Below are positions 19,359-29,239 of a stretch of DNA of 64,000 bases, piece after piece (the stretch's first letter is position 1; every line of letters starts with the position of its first letter). This stretch comes from Nostoc sp. LPT (GTDB lineage Bacteria > Cyanobacteriota > Cyanobacteriia > Cyanobacteriales > Nostocaceae), in contig NZ_JABXKF010000082.1 in NCBI RefSeq assembly GCF_017115165.1, forward strand, positions 17,196 through 81,195. Reading direction: 5' to 3'. The position numbers and the translations under genes are program-made. Below the pieces are notes generated by a model that saw only the letters and a list, made by a program, of their open reading frames with translations, did no database searches and was not told the DNA's origin.

Positions 19359-19832
19359 CTAATCCTTTGGATAATCAGGTAGCGTCGTCACTTGAAACCA
19401 ATATTCTACGAGCATCTGAATATCTCGTTTGAGTTGAGCAAAGTTAATTGGCTTAACGATGTAACTGTTGACACCATATTGATAACATACTTCAATATCT
19501 TTGGGATTGTTAGAGGTAGTAAACACCACTACCGGAATCATCTTCAAGTTGTCATCCTGTTTAATCCGGCGTAACACTTCTCGTCCATCGGTTCCGGGCA
19601 GGTTCAAGTCAAGCACAATCAAGCCGGGTCGGGGCGCACTTTCGCGCTCCATATAACTGCCAGTCCGATAAAGAAACGCCAAGGCTTGTTCGCCGTTCAC
19701 ACATCGCTGAATGGCGAACGCAATGGCAGAGCGTCCTAGAAATCGTTGCAGTGCCTCAAAGTCTTCGTTGCTATCCTCCACAATTAAAAGTAGTGGCATT
19801 TCCTGGATGTGGGAGGCTGAAATCTGAGTCAT
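19359..19832 (-). CDS. rcpB: CheY-like response regulator cognate to the phytochrome (Rcp type)
   Basis: Start moved to the ATG at 19832 (MTQISASHIQEMPLLLIVEDSNED). This ATG overlaps the phytochrome TGA as ATGA. Receiver motifs VLDLNLPGTDG, VVVFTTS, YIVKP. Confidence 0.9.
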   Translation of the reverse strand: MTQISASHIQEMPLLLIVEDSNEDFEALQRFLGRSAIAFAIQRCVNGEQALAFLYRTGSYMERESAPRPGLIVLDLNLPGTDGREVLRRIKQDDNLKMIPVVVFTTSNNPKDIEVCYQYGVNSYIVKPINFAQLKRDIQMLVEYWFQVTTLPDYPKD

Positions 19833-22084
19833 GTATTTGCCTCCGCCGACAGGGTGAAGTAAAAGGTACTGCCTTGAGTCGGGGTAGATTCCACCCAAAT
19901 TCTACCACCGTGACGTTCCACAATTTTGCGGGCAATGGTTAACCCTACCCCAGTTCCACCGCCAAAGTCATCCCGTCCATGTAAGCGGCGGAAGATTTGA
20001 AAGATTTTGTCAAGATACTGTTCAGCAATACCAATGCCGTTATCACGAACGTAGAAAATCAAAGAAGTAGAAGCAACTTTTTCTCCATTTCCTTCGATAA
20101 AACCAATTTCTACCCATTTTTCAGGTTTATCGTTGTATTTAATGGCGTTGCTAACTAGGTTGGTGAAGAGTTCATTAATCTGAGTGCGATCGCATTGAAT
20201 GCTCTTAAAAGGTTGAGGAATCCGAAATTCAACTTTACTCTGCGGTCGGGCAATGGTCAATGTGGTGATCACCTGCGGGACTAACTCATTCAGATTCACT
20301 GGTTGCCGGATCAGTTCGGCGCGTCCCAACCGGGAGAAATGGAGGAGTGAATTGATCAAGTCTTCCATTCGCTGGGTCAGCCGCACCAGGGTTTGGAGTT
20401 TGGCAATTCCTTCGTTATCCAGTACGTCTGCATAGTCTTCCATTAAGAAGTTAGCGTAGTTATGAATGCCCCGGAGCGGTTCTTTCAAGTCATGGGAGGC
20501 AACGTAGGCGAAAGAATCAAGTTCTTCGTTACTCCGTTGTAATTCAAAATTCATTGATGCTAGTTTGTCCGCTTGCCGCAACACCACGCCCACAACCAGG
20601 CTTCGCAGTTCAATAACCGCCTCAACTTCGCAGGGTTTCCAGGGTAAGGCAGATCCTTGCACCGTTTCTTGCCATAATTCAAAGGATTTGCGAGGAGACA
20701 TTCTTAAACTGCCATCTGACAAAACTTCCACAGGCTTGTTGGGGTTGCCGCCCCAATTCACTGTTTGAATTACCTCTGGGCGAAACCAAAGAATGTAATT
20801 GTGATGAACTCTAGAAATTTCCAAGGCTAAAACGCCACTGGCGATCGCTTTATATGACTCGGCAGTAGGGTTATCTTTAGTGAGCGATCGCGTCTCAAAC
20901 AAGTTATGAGACAGGTGAGGTTTAATCCAATCAAGTAAGGCGTGAACCTCTTCCTCTGATGGCGTTTTACCTAGTCGAATACACTGGTTGCCACTGCATA
21001 TTACCGCTCCCGTGGCGCTGGTCAGATTGAGTAATTGAGATTGCAGTTGCACCATGCCATCCAGGAAATACTCAGCTTTAGACAACCCTTCCACAAATTG
21101 AGTTTGCAGTGATTTCAATTGCCTTTTATAATCAATGTCTTCACTCGCTTCTTTATTTGCCAGTTCCACAGACATCACCTGTCCAATGAACTCGCAGATA
21201 GTGCGGATATTGTAAGGAACATATTTAGGCGAGGAATGATGACAGGCAATTAATCCCCAAAGCTTTTGATCCTGTATCAGGGAAATAGACATGGAGGCAG
21301 TCACGTCCATATTTTTTAGATATTCTAGATGTAACGGAGAAACACTCCGTAACACCGATAAACTCAAATCGAGCGGTTGATTTGTCAAGGGATTGTTCGC
21401 TGGAATTAAGGTAACAGGATGGTAGCTGGCATCTGGAATCAGCCGCAGCCAGTTGAGGGTGTATAGGTGTCTGGCTCGCTTGGGAATGTCAGAGGGCGGA
21501 TAGTGTAAATCCAAATAGGGTGTTTCTTGATTAGTGTCTTCAGCGATTACCTTGCCTGCTCCTTCTTGATCAAATCGATAGACCATGACGCGTTCAAAAC
21601 CAGTGATTCGCCGGACTTCTGTAACCACAATCTGGCACATTTCCAGCAGTGAGGGTGCTTTCTGAATGCGGGTAATGGTTCCTCTTACCTGTTGAGAAAA
21701 GTCAAAAAAGTTTGTTTTCCCCTTTGATTTTTTCGGTTCTAATTCCAGAATAATGATATTATTTAAACGATGTATAATGCCATCAAAGTAAATTGATTTA
21801 TTCAGATATTTAATGGACAGGTTGAGGGGATTAACGCTTTCAAAATCTTCTGCCAGACATTGTTGAATCAGCTTAATCTGCTTGGCGTCGAGTAAATCTG
21901 ACAACGACTTGCCCAACAACTCTTCAGGTTGACGACCAACAACTTCTTGGGTATTGCTGCTCACCTGAAGGATTTCCAGAGTGGGATCTTGCAAAACCAG
22001 TAAAACCCCGTGAGGCTGGATCAGATTGGGAATGTGGATTGGTTCGCGCTCGCAGTTTGTCAAATCAATGATTTCATCAGTCAT
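19829..22084 (-). CDS. cphB: bacteriophytochrome-type cyanobacterial phytochrome histidine kinase (CphB/BphP-like)
   Basis: 751 aa. N-terminal Cys motif DLTNCEREPIHIPNLIQPHGVLLVLQ. The GAF region reads SPLHLEYLKNMDV, with Leu where Cph1-type proteins have the bilin-binding Cys. H-box ASHDLKEPLRGI and a HATPase domain. Confidence 0.9.
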   Translation of the reverse strand: MTDEIIDLTNCEREPIHIPNLIQPHGVLLVLQDPTLEILQVSSNTQEVVGRQPEELLGKSLSDLLDAKQIKLIQQCLAEDFESVNPLNLSIKYLNKSIYFDGIIHRLNNIIILELEPKKSKGKTNFFDFSQQVRGTITRIQKAPSLLEMCQIVVTEVRRITGFERVMVYRFDQEGAGKVIAEDTNQETPYLDLHYPPSDIPKRARHLYTLNWLRLIPDASYHPVTLIPANNPLTNQPLDLSLSVLRSVSPLHLEYLKNMDVTASMSISLIQDQKLWGLIACHHSSPKYVPYNIRTICEFIGQVMSVELANKEASEDIDYKRQLKSLQTQFVEGLSKAEYFLDGMVQLQSQLLNLTSATGAVICSGNQCIRLGKTPSEEEVHALLDWIKPHLSHNLFETRSLTKDNPTAESYKAIASGVLALEISRVHHNYILWFRPEVIQTVNWGGNPNKPVEVLSDGSLRMSPRKSFELWQETVQGSALPWKPCEVEAVIELRSLVVGVVLRQADKLASMNFELQRSNEELDSFAYVASHDLKEPLRGIHNYANFLMEDYADVLDNEGIAKLQTLVRLTQRMEDLINSLLHFSRLGRAELIRQPVNLNELVPQVITTLTIARPQSKVEFRIPQPFKSIQCDRTQINELFTNLVSNAIKYNDKPEKWVEIGFIEGNGEKVASTSLIFYVRDNGIGIAEQYLDKIFQIFRRLHGRDDFGGGTGVGLTIARKIVERHGGRIWVESTPTQGSTFYFTLSAEANT

Positions 22085-22440
22085 TCTCAGTTTCTCAAAC
22101 TCCTCATTAGAACTTTGGCAGAAATCAGAAATGTTGAATATGTAGTGAAAACGGAGATTTCCTAAGTCAAATTATTTCTTTTTAGCTGTTTAGCTTTTTA
22201 ATTATATTGAACTGACTACTAGAACTTTCTCTAAAATATACAGATTTTAAATAGATGCTTTAACTATAGCAATCCTGAATCAATTCGTGAGCAACAAGCC
22301 CCTGAGTTTTTCAATAATTCGGGGATCTGCGGGTTGAAATTTGACTGTTTCAGCCTTAACGGCAGACTCTAGTACAACACGGCGTAAATAAACCACCCAT
22401 TCCAAATCAATAAAACACTTACGCTTATGCTGTATTCATT

Positions 22441-22475
22441 TTGACTTTTGACTTTTGACTTTTGACTTTTGACTT
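22441..22475. repeat. tandem heptamer array TTGACTT x5
   Basis: Direct reading: ttgacttttgacttttgacttttgacttttgactt, just downstream of xseB. Confidence 0.9.
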
Positions 22476-22495
22476 CCGCCTTGCGGCTCTAGCTT

Positions 22496-22723
22496 CTATT
22501 CTTGATTTAATGTTTCAATCAACAAATCTACCTGCTGTTGTCGCTGCTGCAAAAAACCTTCGCACTGACGCAAATACTCCACAGCAGTTGCAAATTGGTC
22601 AAACACAGCTGACAATTCCAACTCACCCGCCTCAATGCGAGTAATAATTCCTTCTATCTCAGCAACCTTCGCCTCATAATTCCAACCCTCCTCAGAACTA
22701 GAAGCACCCTTACGTTTAACCAT
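22496..22723 (-). CDS. xseB: exodeoxyribonuclease VII small subunit
   Basis: 75 aa with the motif [29 protein letters not shown]. Overlaps the 3' end of xseA by 8 nt. Confidence 0.9.
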   Translation of the reverse strand: MVKRKGASSSEEGWNYEAKVAEIEGIITRIEAGELELSAVFDQFATAVEYLRQCEGFLQQRQQQVDLLIETLNQE

Positions 22724-23984
22724 TCAACTCTCCATGTTCTCTGCGCCTCTGCGGTTCATTCACTTCCATAACCTTCACTTTAACCCCACCCTGCCCCAAC
22801 TGAATCACTAAATCTTGCCCCACAGCCAACTCCGTTGCCGAACGAGCGATCGCCCCATCTTCCCTTCTCACCACCGCATAACCACGTTGCAACACCGCTT
22901 TCGGGTCAAGAGTTGCCAACTTTTGCCGCAATAATTCTAAATGCTGCGTTGCTTGCTGCGATCGCCCCGTCGTAATTTGTACCAAATGCTGACGCTTCCA
23001 AGCTAGCTTTTCCACCTCCTGCTGCACTTGCCGATCTAACCGCAAACGTCGCAAACGGTTCCGTAATACTTGCAATTGATCCTCAGCATTTTCCTTAAAG
23101 TTATGCACCGCCTCATGTAAAGCGACAACTCGCTGCCGATGTTCAGTATACAACTCCGAAAGTGCTGGCACAACCATTTCTGCTGCCGCGGTGGGTGTAT
23201 GCACACAAGCATCTGCAACTAAATCTGCTAAAGATTCATCTCGTTGATGGCCGATACCAGTCATTACAGGAATAGAACAACTAGCAAGCGATCGCACCAC
23301 TCGTTCGTCATTAAAACAAGCCAACTCTTCCACCGCACCACCACCTCGCGATAAAATTAGCACTTCGGCGCGACCATCTCTTTCCACGCGCTCAATTGCT
23401 TTGACGATAGATTCAGGCGCTTGCTCACCTTGTACTGTAGCTGGAGAAAATAAAACGTGTAAACCTGGATACCTTTGCTTGAGAGTTTTTTGAATATCAC
23501 CCCAAGCAGCAGCAGTCGGTGAAGTAACGACAGCGATCGTTTGGGGATGGGTTGGGAGCGATCGCTTTCTTTGCGCGTCGAACAACCCCTCAGCCAGCAA
23601 GCGATTTTTGAGTTGTTGATAGCGCAGCGCCTGTAAACCAACACCAGCAGGTAGAGTTTGCCAAACTGATAACTGATACTCTCCCCGTTGCGGATACAGG
23701 CGAATGCTGCCCAAAATGATTATTTGCTCACCAGGAACAGGTATCTGGGTGAGTTTTGGCAATTGGCTATTCCATACTACACACTTAATTCCGGCGGTGC
23801 GATCGGGATCTTGCAGCGTGAAAAATAACCCACTGCGATGATTGTTAGCACTGGAAACTTCGCCAGTTACCCAAACTTGCCGTAATTGTTTATCTTGCTC
23901 TAACAGCAAGCGGATATAGTCAGTTAATCCAGATACTGAAAGCGCTGTATCGAGAATCAGAGAGTCAGGAAGGTCGAGAGTCAT
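22716..23984 (-). CDS. xseA: exodeoxyribonuclease VII large subunit
   Basis: 422 aa. OB-fold N-terminus ([15 protein letters not shown]...VWVTGEVS), catalytic core ([39 protein letters not shown]) and a C-terminal coiled coil. Confidence 0.95.
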   Translation of the reverse strand: MTLDLPDSLILDTALSVSGLTDYIRLLLEQDKQLRQVWVTGEVSSANNHRSGLFFTLQDPDRTAGIKCVVWNSQLPKLTQIPVPGEQIIILGSIRLYPQRGEYQLSVWQTLPAGVGLQALRYQQLKNRLLAEGLFDAQRKRSLPTHPQTIAVVTSPTAAAWGDIQKTLKQRYPGLHVLFSPATVQGEQAPESIVKAIERVERDGRAEVLILSRGGGAVEELACFNDERVVRSLASCSIPVMTGIGHQRDESLADLVADACVHTPTAAAEMVVPALSELYTEHRQRVVALHEAVHNFKENAEDQLQVLRNRLRRLRLDRQVQQEVEKLAWKRQHLVQITTGRSQQATQHLELLRQKLATLDPKAVLQRGYAVVRREDGAIARSATELAVGQDLVIQLGQGGVKVKVMEVNEPQRRREHGELNG

Positions 23985-24125
23985 TAAAGATGCGCGGGAG
24001 CAAAAACCTAGTCAAATCTTAGCAAATAACGTTAATTGATAGCTATTGTGTTGAATAATCAAACTGAAAATATCCCAAACATCTATTAGACTTAAATTAA
24101 TCACTAAATAGAGTTTAAAACCATA

Positions 24126-24359
24126 ATGGAAAAAATAGAACTTGAACTAGACAGACTTACATTTGAACGAGCAAAAACACTGGCAATAGTAAATAAATCA
24201 ACTTTATCAGAATTGATTAGTCAAGTCATTGAACGTTTAGCAAAAGTTCAGGAGAAAAACGATCCCTTAATGGGATTATACGCTGATGTCCCAGAAATTG
24301 TTGATGAAATTGTTGCTGAGGCAATGGAAAAAAGAGGATATACTGTATTAGATGAATAA
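24126..24359 (+). CDS. type II antitoxin (VapB-like partner of the PIN toxin)
   Basis: 77-aa ORF overlapping the downstream PIN gene by 8 nt (ATGAATAA). Acidic C-terminus. The position and size are typical of an antitoxin. Confidence 0.7.
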   Translation: MEKIELELDRLTFERAKTLAIVNKSTLSELISQVIERLAKVQEKNDPLMGLYADVPEIVDEIVAEAMEKRGYTVLDE

Positions 24360-24780
24360 AGTAGAAAAATCCCTACTTGATACGGATATTATTTCAGAAA
24401 TTATTAAACGAGTAAATTTTCGTATTATTGCCAAAGCCAATAGTTACTTAAACCAGTTTGATAAATATACAATTTCTGTAATTACAGTTATGGAAATTGT
24501 AGAAGGCTGGCAAAAACGTAAGCAAGAAAAACGTCTTCAGCAATTTTTAACTATACTGGCTTCACAGGAAATATTATTCTTTGACTTGACAGAAGCAGTA
24601 TTAGCAGGGAAAATCTACGCTGATTTAAAGACAACCGGAAAAAGAATTGGTTATCCCGATTGTATGATTGCAGCAATTGCCATCAGTCATAATCTAACTT
24701 TAGTTACTGGTAATTTATCTCATTATCAAATGATTCAGGATTTAAATTATTCACTAAGACTAGATAACTGGCGTTTATAG
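24352..24780 (+). CDS. vapC: PIN-domain ribonuclease toxin VapC
   Basis: 142 aa. LLDTDIISE gives the first acidic PIN residue. Further conserved acidic positions are at MEIVEG and DCMIAAIA. LVTGNLSHY tail. Confidence 0.85.
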   Translation: MNKVEKSLLDTDIISEIIKRVNFRIIAKANSYLNQFDKYTISVITVMEIVEGWQKRKQEKRLQQFLTILASQEILFFDLTEAVLAGKIYADLKTTGKRIGYPDCMIAAIAISHNLTLVTGNLSHYQMIQDLNYSLRLDNWRL

Positions 24781-24917
24781 TAACAAGGGTGACGGATGAA
24801 GTGCCATCAAGTTTCGCCATTAGCTAAATGAAATGCTTTAATGCAGATATAAAACTCTTTATTGAATGTTAGATTTCCCAATGGGCGTTAAAGCAATAAC
24901 TGATTACACTATTTGGT

Positions 24918-25379
24918 TTAATCTCTTAGAGACTGGAGTAACTGGCTAGGGCGTGCCACCTTCACAGCAAGATAAAGATTCGGATAGTGAACAAATATAT
25001 AGTGTTCATATTTGTACCAATGCATCTCACCCTTTTCTTTGTTACAAACTTGGCAAATGACCCATAAATTATTGAATTCCATTGCTAACCAAGGATACTG
25101 TGATCGAGGTAGCTTGTGATCTATCGTCTTACCACCTTTGTCAGAGTAATGAGAACTACAAATTGGACAGTACCAGTTGGAATTTTTTCTCACCCAATTT
25201 TTACTATCTTGAGTTGTACCACACTCATAATCACCATTAATATAGCGCCAATAATCGAATTTCCGATAAGTTTCAAAATCTTGATGAGTTAGCCTGTTAT
25301 ATCGCTTGTTACCAATTTTGTCCGCAAGCTCAAATAATTCTTTAAGTTCTTTATCTTGAATATTAACAATATTAACCAT
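24918..25379 (-). CDS. HNH endonuclease
   Basis: 153 aa with CPICSSHYSDKGGKTIDHKLPRSQYPWLAMEFNNLWVICQVCNKEKG (CxxC...DH...N...CxxCN). AT-rich. Confidence 0.8.
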   Translation of the reverse strand: MVNIVNIQDKELKELFELADKIGNKRYNRLTHQDFETYRKFDYWRYINGDYECGTTQDSKNWVRKNSNWYCPICSSHYSDKGGKTIDHKLPRSQYPWLAMEFNNLWVICQVCNKEKGEMHWYKYEHYIFVHYPNLYLAVKVARPSQLLQSLRD

Positions 25380-25387
25380 GTTTTCTA

Positions 25388-25828
25388 CTAAAAGTTTACT
25401 GTTCTATATGTTTTTTGATTAGGCTTATTTTTATATTTGATATTAGTATTTTTACTGAAATCAATAAATTCCATCTCTGTCTCAGGAAACTGCTTATCTA
25501 TTTCTTCTGCTACCTCGTTCACTTCTTTAGATAAGCTCTGATTATAGTCTTTTATTTCTTGATTAGTGAGATATCTATTACCAATACGATCGGCCTCGAT
25601 AAATAATTCTTCAAGCGTCAATTCTTCAAGCTGATAATTATTTATAAACTCCTCTATTTTTTGATAAAAACTAACAACATTATCCCAGCCAATATTCATG
25701 TAAAAGTTTTCTTTTAGCCAAATTTGGTCTTTTTTATGAAGCTTACTTCGATTTTTGGAGTTAGCGACTTGAACAGCCCGATAACTCATTCCTCTAAAAT
25801 TCCTTTGTTTACATTTTTTATAAGCCAT
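25388..25828 (-). CDS. hypothetical protein (HNH islet, middle gene)
   Basis: 146-aa ATG ORF, 8 nt upstream of the HNH gene. Shares the motif EELFIEADRIGNRYLT with the HNH protein N-terminus (KELFELADKIGNKRYNRLT). Confidence 0.5.
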   Translation of the reverse strand: MAYKKCKQRNFRGMSYRAVQVANSKNRSKLHKKDQIWLKENFYMNIGWDNVVSFYQKIEEFINNYQLEELTLEELFIEADRIGNRYLTNQEIKDYNQSLSKEVNEVAEEIDKQFPETEMEFIDFSKNTNIKYKNKPNQKTYRTVNF

Positions 25829-25840
25829 ATAATTAATAAT

Positions 25841-26374
25841 TTATCCTAAAGTCCATTTGAAAAAAGTAATTACTGCTTTCCGAATTTCACTGTCTTCATA
25901 TTTGAGAATTTCTTTAATATTCATAGCTAGTTTAAGTTTAATTTGATCGACTAAACTTTTTAGAGATTTATTGTCTTTTTTGAGTTGTTCATTAACTTCT
26001 GTTAAGTTTTTGTTTTGAGAATATATTGTCTTGAGTTCAACTTCTAAAATATTATTTCTCTGAGACAAGCTTTTAATTTCAGCTTCGTATTTTTCTCTTT
26101 CCTGTTTCGGATACTTTTTAACTTGGTCAATTTTGGCAGCATATTCTTGCTCCTTCAACTCAATCTCTTTAGTTTTCTTCGTTACCAGTCCTTTCTGAGC
26201 AGCTTGAAGACGCTGACGCTTTATTAGTTCAGAACCAGCAAAAAGCGAAATAGCTCTGCGAATGGTAATCTCATCAGGATTGGTACTAAAGTCAATTACT
26301 TCCAAAGCACGCATAGCATCTGCTTTTGTCCATGCCTCACTTTCAAGTAGCTTAATAGCCTGTGACTTATTCAC
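25841..26374 (-). CDS. hypothetical coiled-coil protein (HNH islet, first gene)
   Basis: 177 aa with a GTG start. Small helical N-terminal domain followed by a long K/E-rich coiled coil. 12 nt gap to the next gene. Confidence 0.5.
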   Translation of the reverse strand: MNKSQAIKLLESEAWTKADAMRALEVIDFSTNPDEITIRRAISLFAGSELIKRQRLQAAQKGLVTKKTKEIELKEQEYAAKIDQVKKYPKQEREKYEAEIKSLSQRNNILEVELKTIYSQNKNLTEVNEQLKKDNKSLKSLVDQIKLKLAMNIKEILKYEDSEIRKAVITFFKWTLG

Positions 26375-26388
26375 GTTTGCTTAGAATA

Positions 26389-26414
26389 ATAACTGTAATT
26401 TATATTACAGTTAT
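26389..26414. promoter_or_regulatory. perfect 11-bp inverted repeat (operator-like) in the promoter region of the HNH islet operon
   Basis: ataactgtaat-ttat-attacagttat lies 15-40 bp upstream of the GTG at 26374. On the minus strand TTGGCA-N17-TATAAC overlaps it. Confidence 0.45.
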
Positions 26415-26792
26415 ATCAGTATATAATTTCAATGCCAACAGGCTTTCTTCAACAAGGACGCTAACTTTACTAAACTTATCGATGCCGGAGACTACTGCGG
26501 TTTATGTTATAAGTGAGCAAGATTCAACGGTTTATTGATTGATCGCGCCACGTTGTACTAAGCTTTATATCTCTCCAAAATCAAGCAGTCTAAGTATGTA
26601 CACTGCGTAAGGTCAGTTGTTTAGATAATTTTTCTTTGAAAACCCTTGCTTACCCAGCTAAAAAAAGCTATCTCTGAATGCAAGTTGGTATCATTGTGCA
26701 GAGCTACCCTAATTTGGTAGCGATCGAGTTACGATCTTGTCACACCCTTTTTTTGATTTGAGAAGTTCTATTCCAGAATTTTCTGGTTAAAA

Positions 26793-26808
26793 TAGTATAT
26801 CTGTTCTA
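26793..26808 (+). promoter_or_regulatory. candidate LexA box upstream of recA
   Basis: tAGTATatcTGTTCTa fits the cyanobacterial LexA consensus RGTAC-N3-DGTWCB with one mismatch. It lies 60-75 bp upstream of the recA ATG. Confidence 0.5.
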
Positions 26809-26867
26809 CTCAAACTCCAAAACCAACACTCCTTAAAACCATATATTTAGAGGCATTAGAGGCAGGA

Positions 26868-27947
26868 ATGGCTATCAACACAGATACTTCAGGCAAGCAA
26901 AAAGCGCTGACTATGGTGCTCAACCAGATTGAGCGCAGCTTTGGTAAAGGAGCAATCATGCGCCTGGGCGATGCTACCCGAATGCGGGTGGAGACTATTT
27001 CCAGTGGGGCGCTCACCCTAGATTTAGCATTGGGTGGTGGTTTACCCAAGGGTCGGGTAATTGAAATTTATGGCCCGGAAAGTTCCGGGAAGACTACAGT
27101 AGCGCTACACGCCCTCGCCGAAGTGCAAAGAAATGGCGGTATTGCTGCCTTTGTTGATGCTGAACACGCCCTTGATCCTACTTATGCTGCGGCATTGGGT
27201 GTAGATATTGACAATCTGCTGATTTCTCAACCTGACACAGGCGAATCAGCTTTGGAAATTGTCGATCAGCTCGTTCGTTCTGCTGCGGTTGATATTGTAG
27301 TTATAGACTCAGTAGCAGCGTTGGTCCCCCGTGCTGAAATTGAAGGCGATATGGGTGATGCTCACGTTGGTCTGCAAGCGCGGTTAATGAGCCAAGCACT
27401 ACGTAAAATTACTGGTAATATTGGTAAATCAGGTTGCACAGTAATTTTCATCAACCAGTTGCGGCAAAAAATCGGTGTTACTTACGGTAGCCCAGAAACC
27501 ACAACTGGTGGTAATGCATTGAAGTTTTACGCTTCGGTGCGCTTGGATATTCGCCGAATTCAAACCTTGAAAAAAGGTACTGATGAATTTGGTAATCGCG
27601 TTAAAGTCAAAGTCGCTAAAAATAAAGTAGCACCGCCTTTCAGAATAGCGGAATTTGACATTATTTTTGGTAAAGGTATTTCTACCTTGGGTTGTCTTGT
27701 TGACTTAGCAGAAGAAACTGGCATTATTGTCCGCAAAGGAGCTTGGTATAGTTACAATGGCGATAATATCTCCCAAGGACGAGATAACGCCATTAAGTAT
27801 CTAGAAGAAAAGCCTGAATTTGCTGAAGAAATTAAGAAACTAGTGCGTGAAAAGCTAGATAAAGGCGCTGTTGTTTCTGCTAACTCCGTAGCTAAAGCCA
27901 GTGACGAAGATGAAGAGGAAGAAGTAGATTTAGAGCCAGAAGAATAA
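26868..27947 (+). CDS. recA: recombinase RecA
   Basis: 359 aa. [22 protein letters not shown], Walker [32 protein letters not shown]. Acidic C-terminal tail. Confidence 0.98.
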   Translation: MAINTDTSGKQKALTMVLNQIERSFGKGAIMRLGDATRMRVETISSGALTLDLALGGGLPKGRVIEIYGPESSGKTTVALHALAEVQRNGGIAAFVDAEHALDPTYAAALGVDIDNLLISQPDTGESALEIVDQLVRSAAVDIVVIDSVAALVPRAEIEGDMGDAHVGLQARLMSQALRKITGNIGKSGCTVIFINQLRQKIGVTYGSPETTTGGNALKFYASVRLDIRRIQTLKKGTDEFGNRVKVKVAKNKVAPPFRIAEFDIIFGKGISTLGCLVDLAEETGIIVRKGAWYSYNGDNISQGRDNAIKYLEEKPEFAEEIKKLVREKLDKGAVVSANSVAKASDEDEEEEVDLEPEE

Positions 27948-27984
27948 GGAATATGGACTTATTAATCTGCAATTGCTAATAGAT

Positions 27985-28022
27985 GGTGCGTTACAAAGAC
28001 AGCTAACGCACCTTATTTTTTT
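27985..28022 (+). terminator. rho-independent terminator of recA
   Basis: Stem ggtgcgtta(27985-27993)/taacgcacc(28004-28012) followed by ttattttttt. Confidence 0.8.
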
Positions 28023-28140
28023 AATCGAGATTTGGATATAGTTAAATACAAGCCTAAATCCAGACAGTGAATAGATGTGAACTTATAAACACATCCCACT
28101 TGATATTTTTGCGTAGGCGTAGCCCTTGGTAGATATTGCG

Positions 28141-28383
28141 CTATAGGACTCCGATTTGATTTCTGAAAACATACTGAGACTGAAAAGCCCGTTTTATCAG
28201 GGTTTTATCTGAAATCTTGTTCAGAAATCAGATATGATATGATGTCCGGGTAATTAACCATAATAACCGGAACCCCACCCCGCAAAAGCTGCGCTTTAGC
28301 TCCCCTCCCTGCAAGCGGGGAGGGGTTGGGAGTGGGGTTCTTTTATTATGAGTGATTTGGCGGACATGATATGAGTCCTATAG
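28141..28383. repeat. nested inverted-repeat (MITE-like) element
   Basis: Perfect 11-bp termini ctataggactc(28141-28151)/gagtcctatag(28373-28383). Inner inverted repeats: gatttctgaa/ttcagaaatc, atatgatgtccg/cggacatgatat, gaaccccac.../...gtggggttc, and cccctccctgcaagcggggaggg. Confidence 0.6.
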
Positions 28384-28589
28384 TTTGTCACAGATACTCA
28401 AAGACTGAGAATATGTTATCGGAGGTAGAATCCTCCTAAAAAATTGCCTTCCCTACTAAAAGCAGAGAAGGAGGAAAAAATACTGAATTAGGGTTTCAGC
28501 CTAAAGTTGACACTAATGACCATCTGTATGGTAATATCTCATAGCATTATGCTAAAAAACTTTGCCTAGAATCAAAGAGTAGCCAACCC

Positions 28590-28913
28590 ATGAGTTTAGC
28601 TGTAATTAAGTTCTCTTCAGAAGAGTGCGGCATTTGCCACAAAATGTCTTTTTATGACAAAAAGGTGGCTGAAGAACTGGGTTTAGAATTTATTGATGTA
28701 AAGATGCAAGATACGACTGCTTATCGCAAGTATCGCAAGATTTTATTGACTCAATATCCCGATAAATCAGAAATGGGATGGCCTACTTACATCATCTGCA
28801 ATTCTCCAGAGGGGGAATTTCAGATTGTTGGTGAAGTAAAAGGAGGTCATCCCAAAGGAGAGTTTAGAAGTCGTCTGCAAGAGGTTCTGAATTCTACAGC
28901 TAATCAGAACTAA
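28590..28913 (+). CDS. thioredoxin-fold protein
   Basis: 107 aa with CGIC (CxxC) near the N-terminus and WPTYII (cis-Pro region) later. Confidence 0.65.
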   Translation: MSLAVIKFSSEECGICHKMSFYDKKVAEELGLEFIDVKMQDTTAYRKYRKILLTQYPDKSEMGWPTYIICNSPEGEFQIVGEVKGGHPKGEFRSRLQEVLNSTANQN

Positions 28914-29133
28914 TTACCTCAAAAGATTTGACCTCCAGGACAGGGCCAATCATGGCAGTTGTCATAATGTCTTCACGCACCTGTCCTTTCACTTTTGCTT
29001 TTTGTCCGGCTTTGAGTAAGTCTTTGTCAGCCCCTCTGAGGATTTCGTAAGTAACGCCCTCTTCTGTAACTAACGCCCATGCGCCTGTACCAATATCACG
29101 ACGTTCGACTGTACCTGTAAGTTTAATGCTCAT
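28900..29133 (-). CDS. small conserved hypothetical protein
   Basis: 77-aa ATG ORF with a beta-rich sequence (TGTVERRDIGTGAWALVTEEGVTYEI). Convergent with the thioredoxin-like gene and overlaps it by 14 nt. Confidence 0.5.
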   Translation of the reverse strand: MSIKLTGTVERRDIGTGAWALVTEEGVTYEILRGADKDLLKAGQKAKVKGQVREDIMTTAMIGPVLEVKSFEVISSD

Positions 29134-29239
29134 AACAGTGCTGAGTGCGGAGTTAAAAGTAGAGACGCGATTAATCGCGTCTGTTAGGAGTTAGGAGTAG
29201 GGAGTGATTAAGAATTCTTTCTCACTCTCCACTCCCCGT

